Source of the DNA: Inquilinaceae bacterium
GTDB lineage: Bacteria; Pseudomonadota; Alphaproteobacteria; DSM-16000; Inquilinaceae
Assembly: GCA_052168355.1 (NCBI GenBank)
Contig: JBQLZQ010000016.1
Coordinates: 10,534 to 74,533 of the forward strand
DNA: 64,000 nucleotides
Direction of reading: 5' to 3'
Below are positions 59,687-64,000 of the stretch, piece after piece. Both the position numbers and the translations under genes were made by a program. Every line of letters starts with the position of its first letter. Position 1 is the stretch's first letter. The notes beneath the pieces are model-generated. The model made no database searches. It was not told the origin of the DNA and was given only the letters and a program-made list of their open reading frames with translations.

Positions 59687-60700
59687 CTACGACGTCGCGG
59701 GCATCCCCTGGTCCCAGAAGTGGCAGGCGGTTTGATGGCCGGGTCCCACCTGGGTCAGCGCCGGTTCCTGCTGGGCGCAGAGCGCTTGGGCCTTTGGGCA
59801 GCGGGTACGGAAGGTGCAACCGCTGGGCGGGTCCAGAGGCGAGGGCAGGTCGCCGGTCAAAACGATCCGCGGTTTGGCCCGCTCGGCGTCGGGGTCGGGC
59901 AGCGGTACGGCCGAAATCAGCGCCTGGGTGTAGGGATGGCGGGGCGCTCCGTAGAGCGCATCGCGATCCGCGATCTCCACCAGCTTGCCCAGATACAGCA
60001 CCAGGATCCGGTGGCTGATGTGGCGGACGACGCTCAGATCGTGGCTGATGAAGATCAGCGACAGCCCGAAGTCCCGCTGCAACTGCATCAACAGGTTGAC
60101 GATCTGGCTCTGAATCGAGACGTCCAGCGCCGACACGGGTTCGTCGCAGATCACCAGCTTGGGATTGAGGATCATGGCCCGGGCAATGCCGATCCGCTGG
60201 CACTGGCCGCCGGAGAATTCATGCGGGTAGCGGTTGATCATCTGGGGCACCAGGCCGACCTGGGCCATCATTTCCTCGACCCGCGCCCTCACGTCGGCCC
60301 TTCTCAAGCCCGGCTCGAAGGTTTTCAAGGGTTCGGCGATGATATCGCCGACCGTCATGCGGGGGTCGAGCGAGGCCAGCGGATCCTGGAAGATGATCTG
60401 CATGTCGCGGCGCCGGGCCCGCACTTCGTCCGGCGTCGCGGCCAGAAGGTCTTCGCCCAGCCACGCGACCCTTCCGTCCGTCGGCGGGATCAGCTGTAGA
60501 ATGGCGCGGCCCAGGGTCGACTTGCCGCAGCCGCTCTCGCCCACCACCCCAAGGGTTTCGCCGGGCGCAAGGTCGAAGCTGACCCCGTCCACGGCCTTCA
60601 GATAATCCACATGACGCGACCACAGACGCTTTTTGGGCATCGCGAAATGGACCTTAAGGTCCCGGACGGACAGGGCGGGCGGGGCGCCGGCGCGGGTCAT
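59687..60700 (-). CDS. peptide ABC transporter ATP-binding protein (OppF/DppF-like)
   Basis: Walker A GESGCGKST, the signature FSGGQCQRIGIARA, Walker B LVICDEPVSALD and an oligopeptide C-terminal domain are present. Confidence 0.92.
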   Translation of the reverse strand: MTRAGAPPALSVRDLKVHFAMPKKRLWSRHVDYLKAVDGVSFDLAPGETLGVVGESGCGKSTLGRAILQLIPPTDGRVAWLGEDLLAATPDEVRARRRDMQIIFQDPLASLDPRMTVGDIIAEPLKTFEPGLRRADVRARVEEMMAQVGLVPQMINRYPHEFSGGQCQRIGIARAMILNPKLVICDEPVSALDVSIQSQIVNLLMQLQRDFGLSLIFISHDLSVVRHISHRILVLYLGKLVEIADRDALYGAPRHPYTQALISAVPLPDPDAERAKPRIVLTGDLPSPLDPPSGCTFRTRCPKAQALCAQQEPALTQVGPGHQTACHFWDQGMPATS

Positions 60701-61716
60701 CGGCCGCCCCCCAGTCCCGGCAGGAAACAGGCCTTGGCCCGGTCGTTGCCCAGTGGCTCAAGCGGCGGCGGGGCCGCCAGGCAGCGGTCGAAGACATAGG
60801 GGCAGCGCGGCGCGAAGCTGCAGCCGGGCGGCAGATGCTGAAGGTTGGGGGGCTGCCCGGCGATGGTCGGCAGCTCGCCCAGCGGGCTGTCCAGCCGCGG
60901 CATGCTTTTCAGCAAGCCCTCCGCATAGGGATGCTGGGGCGTGTAAAAGATGTCCCGCGCCGCGCCCGTTTCGACGATGCTGCCGGCATACATCACCATC
61001 ACCCGGTCCGACAGCCCCGCGATGACCCCCAGATCGTGGGTGATCAGCACGATGGCCGTCCCCGTCTCGCGTTTCAGGTCGCGCATCAGGTCCAGGATCT
61101 GGGCCTGGACGGTCACGTCCAGCGCCGTCGTCGGCTCGTCGGCGATCAGCAGCTCGGGCTGGCACAGCAGCGCCATGGCGATCATCACCCGCTGGCGCAT
61201 GCCGCCGGAGAATTCGTGGGGATACATGGCGATGCGGCGCCGCGCCTCGGGAATACGGACCAGGTCCAGCATCTCCACCGCCCGGATCAGGGCGTCGTGG
61301 TGGCTGACGCCCTTGTGCTGGACCAGCACCTCCGTCATCTGCGTCGAGATCTTCAGGAACGGGTTGAGCGATGTCATCGGATCCTGAAAGATCATCGACA
61401 TCTTGTGGCCGCGGATGCGGTTGAGCCGCGGCGCGGGCAGGCCCAGGATCTCCTCGCCCCGATACTTCACACTGCCACGGGCCCGGCCGTTGGTCGCCAG
61501 CAGCCCCATCACGGACATGAAGATCTGGCTTTTGCCGGAGCCGCTTTCGCCGACGATGCCCACCGTCTCGCCGGGCGCCACGGTGAAGCTGACGCCGTTG
61601 ACCGCCCGGACCTCTCCCTCCGGTGTCGCGAAACGGGTGTCCAGCCCCTCGACCGCCAGGACCGGGACGGCGGTCGCCGGATCGGGCGGCGGCGTCGACA
61701 GGGCGATCTGACTCAT
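60697..61716 (-). CDS. peptide ABC transporter ATP-binding protein (OppD/DppD-like)
   Basis: GESGSGKS, FSGGMRQRVMIAMAL and LLIADEPTTALD are present. ATG at 61716 lies 6 nt after GGAGGA. The track start at 61737 is a GTG inside the tandem repeat. The stop overlaps the next gene's start (ATGA). Confidence 0.92.
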   Translation of the reverse strand: MSQIALSTPPPDPATAVPVLAVEGLDTRFATPEGEVRAVNGVSFTVAPGETVGIVGESGSGKSQIFMSVMGLLATNGRARGSVKYRGEEILGLPAPRLNRIRGHKMSMIFQDPMTSLNPFLKISTQMTEVLVQHKGVSHHDALIRAVEMLDLVRIPEARRRIAMYPHEFSGGMRQRVMIAMALLCQPELLIADEPTTALDVTVQAQILDLMRDLKRETGTAIVLITHDLGVIAGLSDRVMVMYAGSIVETGAARDIFYTPQHPYAEGLLKSMPRLDSPLGELPTIAGQPPNLQHLPPGCSFAPRCPYVFDRCLAAPPPLEPLGNDRAKACFLPGLGGGR

Positions 61717-61799
61717 CACCGATCCTCCGGCCGTCACATCATCGATCCTTCGGCCGTCACATCATCGATCCTTCGGCCATCACATCATCGATCCTTCGG
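61708..61799 (-). repeat. 23-bp tandem repeat (three near-identical copies plus one diverged copy) across the permease/ATPase gene junction
   Basis: The minus-strand unit is CCGAAGGATCGATGATGTGA(T/C)GG at 61799-61777, 61776-61754 and 61753-61731. A copy with 18/23 identity at 61730-61708 carries the real ATG. Confidence 0.9.
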
Positions 61800-62693
61800 A
61801 TCGAGCGCGTCGCGGATGCCGTCGCCCACGAAATTCATGCAGAACAGCGTGATCGCCAGTACGGCGGCCGGGTAGATCAGCATCCACGGCGCGTTTTCCA
61901 TGTTGGCCGCGCCTTCGGAGATCAGCACCCCCCAGCTCGTCATCGGTTCCTGAACGCCCAGGCCCAGGAAGCTGAGAAAGCTTTCCAGCAGGATCACCTT
62001 GGGCACGGTCAGGGTCATGTAGACGACCACGGGCCCCAAGCTGTTGGGAATGATGTGGCGGCGGATGATGTTGAGGTTGCTGACGCCGCAGGCACGGGCC
62101 GCCTCGATGAACTCCTTGCGCTTCAGGCTCAGCGTCTGGCCGCGCACGATCCTGGCCATGTCCAGCCATTCCACGGCACCGATGGCGATGAAGATCAGCA
62201 CGATGTTGCGGCCGAAAAAGACCATCAGCAGGATCACGAAGAACATGAAGGGCAGCGAGTAGAGGATGTCGACGAACCGCATCATCAGATTGTCGGTGCG
62301 GCCGCCGAGAAAACCGGCGGTGGCGCCGTAGACGACGCCGATCAACAGGCTGACTCCCGTCGCGATCAGCCCCACCATCAGCGACACGCGGCCGCCGTAA
62401 AGGATCCGGACCAGCATGTCCCGTCCGTTGGCGTCGGTCCCCAGCCAATGTTCCGCCGACGGCGGGGCCATGATCGAATCCCAGAAGATTTCCGACAGCC
62501 CGTAGGTCAGGATCCACGGGCCGACGATGCAGGCGGCCGCGACGACCGACAGCAGGATGAGGGACGCGACCGCCGCCCGGTTACGCAGCAGCCGCCGCAT
62601 CGCGTCGGCCCACAGGCTGCGCCCCTTGACCGGCGTTTCGATGTCGCCGGGGATCGGCTGGTTGGGGTGGGTCGCGGACAGGTCCGTGGGCAT
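61785..62693 (-). CDS. peptide ABC transporter permease (OppC/DppC-like)
   Basis: A BPD-transporter core with the EAA-like loop (EFIEAARACGVSNLNIIRRHIIPN) and the C-terminal GIRDALDPKDR are present. Confidence 0.92.
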   Translation of the reverse strand: MPTDLSATHPNQPIPGDIETPVKGRSLWADAMRRLLRNRAAVASLILLSVVAAACIVGPWILTYGLSEIFWDSIMAPPSAEHWLGTDANGRDMLVRILYGGRVSLMVGLIATGVSLLIGVVYGATAGFLGGRTDNLMMRFVDILYSLPFMFFVILLMVFFGRNIVLIFIAIGAVEWLDMARIVRGQTLSLKRKEFIEAARACGVSNLNIIRRHIIPNSLGPVVVYMTLTVPKVILLESFLSFLGLGVQEPMTSWGVLISEGAANMENAPWMLIYPAAVLAITLFCMNFVGDGIRDALDPKDR

Positions 62694-62694
62694 A

Positions 62695-63618
62695 TCAGTC
62701 GTACCGCACGCGCGGATCGATCAGCCCGTAAAGGATGTCGACCAGCAGGTTGAAGGCGATGATCAGCACGCCGTAGAAGATGACGACGCCCAGGACCAGC
62801 GTGTAATCGCGGTTCAACGCCGCCTGGACGAAATAGCGACCGATGCCCGGAATCCCGAAGATCTGCTCGATGACCACCGATCCGGTGATGATGCCGGCGG
62901 TGGCCGGCCCCAGATAGCTGACCACCGGCAGCAGGGCGGCGCGCATGGTGTGGCGCATGATGGTGACCCGCTCTGGCAGGCCCTTGGCCCGCGCCGTCCG
63001 CACGAAATTCGAGCGCATCACCTCGATCATGCTGGCCCGGGTCATCCGCGCCACATAGGCGATCTGCGGCAGCGCCAGGGCGACCACCGGCAGGATCATA
63101 TGGGTGAAGCTTCCGCCACCCCAGCCGCCCACGGGCAACAGCCCCAGATAGACTCCCAGCACCAGCGTCAGCAGCGGCGCCATGACGAAGTTGGGGACCG
63201 TGATGCCGGTCATGGCCAGGGTCATCACGCCATAGTCGGCGGCGGTGTTCTGGCGCAGGGCGGCCAGCGTGCCCAGGACGGTGCCCACCAGCACCGCCAG
63301 CAGAATGGCGATGCCGCCCAGTTGCAGGGAAACGCCGAAACCGCCCCAGATCAGCTCGGTAACCGTGAAGTCCTTGTATTTGAACGAGGGGCCGAAATCG
63401 CCCTGCAACACGTCGCCCAGATATTTAACGAACTGCAGCGCCAAAGGGTCGTCCAAATTGTACTTGGCGCGCAGGTTTGCCTCGATCTCCGCCGGCAGCC
63501 GCCGCTCCGACGAGAACGGCCCGCCCGGCGCCATCCGCACCATGAAGAAGGCGATCGTGATGATCAGCAGCAGGGTCGGGATGGCGCCCAGCAGGCGCCG
63601 CACCGTAAAGTTCAGCAT
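62695..63618 (-). CDS. peptide ABC transporter permease (OppB/DppB-like)
   Basis: The N-terminus MLNFTVRRLLGAIPTLLLIITIAFFMVR, FVRTARAKGLPERVTIMRHTMR and the C-terminal DILYGLIDPRVRY are present. ATG is at 63618. Confidence 0.92.
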   Translation of the reverse strand: MLNFTVRRLLGAIPTLLLIITIAFFMVRMAPGGPFSSERRLPAEIEANLRAKYNLDDPLALQFVKYLGDVLQGDFGPSFKYKDFTVTELIWGGFGVSLQLGGIAILLAVLVGTVLGTLAALRQNTAADYGVMTLAMTGITVPNFVMAPLLTLVLGVYLGLLPVGGWGGGSFTHMILPVVALALPQIAYVARMTRASMIEVMRSNFVRTARAKGLPERVTIMRHTMRAALLPVVSYLGPATAGIITGSVVIEQIFGIPGIGRYFVQAALNRDYTLVLGVVIFYGVLIIAFNLLVDILYGLIDPRVRYD

Positions 63619-63726
63619 GCCGGCGACTCCGATTTCGCGGATCGGCCGAACGCCGCACGGCACCCTTTCCCGCCACGGGCGGAAAAGGGGCCGGCGTCCG
63701 CCCCACGGGGGCGCATCGGATGGAAC

Positions 63727-64000
63727 CTACCTGTCGATGGAGACGTAGCGCGACAGGTGCCAATCCATGATGTTGTCCTCCCACCCCGACACGTGGGGCG
63801 CCACCATGTGCTGGGTGGTGTAGAAATAGATCGGCATGATCGGCAGGTCCTCAAGCAGGACGGCTTCCGCCTGCTCCATCAGGTCCATGCGCGCGTTCGG
63901 GTCGGTTTCCGTGACCGACTGGATGACCAGCTGGTTGTATTCATCGCTGTCATATCCGGCGGGGTTCTGCACGCCGATATCGCCGCGCAGATAGCCGATG
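63727..64000 (-). CDS. peptide ABC transporter substrate-binding protein (family 5), C-terminal part; the gene continues beyond the window
   Basis: The frame is open to the window edge. The translation ...DPNARMDLMEQAEAVLLEDLPIMPIYFYTTQHMVAPHVSGWEDN... is a typical SBP_bac_5 C-terminus. Confidence 0.85.
   Translation of the reverse strand, partial: IGYLRGDIGVQNPAGYDSDEYNQLVIQSVTETDPNARMDLMEQAEAVLLEDLPIMPIYFYTTQHMVAPHVSGWEDNIMDWHLSRYVSIDR

Overview
This is a 64 kb stretch of high-G+C bacterial chromosome. It looks alphaproteobacterial: an Irr-type Fur regulator is present, and the argD-argF-hslO and ffh-rpsP-rimM-trmD-rplS gene orders are typical of that group. About 60 real genes are densely packed on both strands, and most are housekeeping: pgk, ldh, amn, ftsY, mtaB, dapF, ffh, the S16/RimM/TrmD/L19 operon, leuC, argD/argF/argE, hslO, trkH, folE, apaG and recX. 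There are also two tRNAs (Arg-ACG, Gly-CCC), two class III nucleotide cyclases, a substrate-binding-protein plus histidine-kinase pair, and an Opp/Dpp-type peptide ABC operon that runs off the right edge. Many very long ORFs in the track are antisense or out-of-frame artefacts of the high G+C and were rejected. Four things stand out. (1) A roughly 1.9 kb low-G+C two-gene islet (5578-7514) encodes an ABC/AAA_21-type ATPase plus a small RloB/TOPRIM-like protein. It is the best candidate for an accessory, defence-like system. (2) A REP/REPIN-like hairpin repeat family (GATTCA-CG-stem-loop-stem-CG-ATC) occurs as one inverted doublet and one singlet, with compensatory changes in the stems. (3) A 23-bp tandem repeat multiplies the Shine-Dalgarno/start/stop junction between two peptide-ABC genes. 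(4) One cyclase is fused to a His-rich membrane domain and a 2Fe-2S ferredoxin domain. All calls come from reading the translations and sequence by eye. Start codons are best guesses, and family assignments rest on remembered motifs, not on searches.
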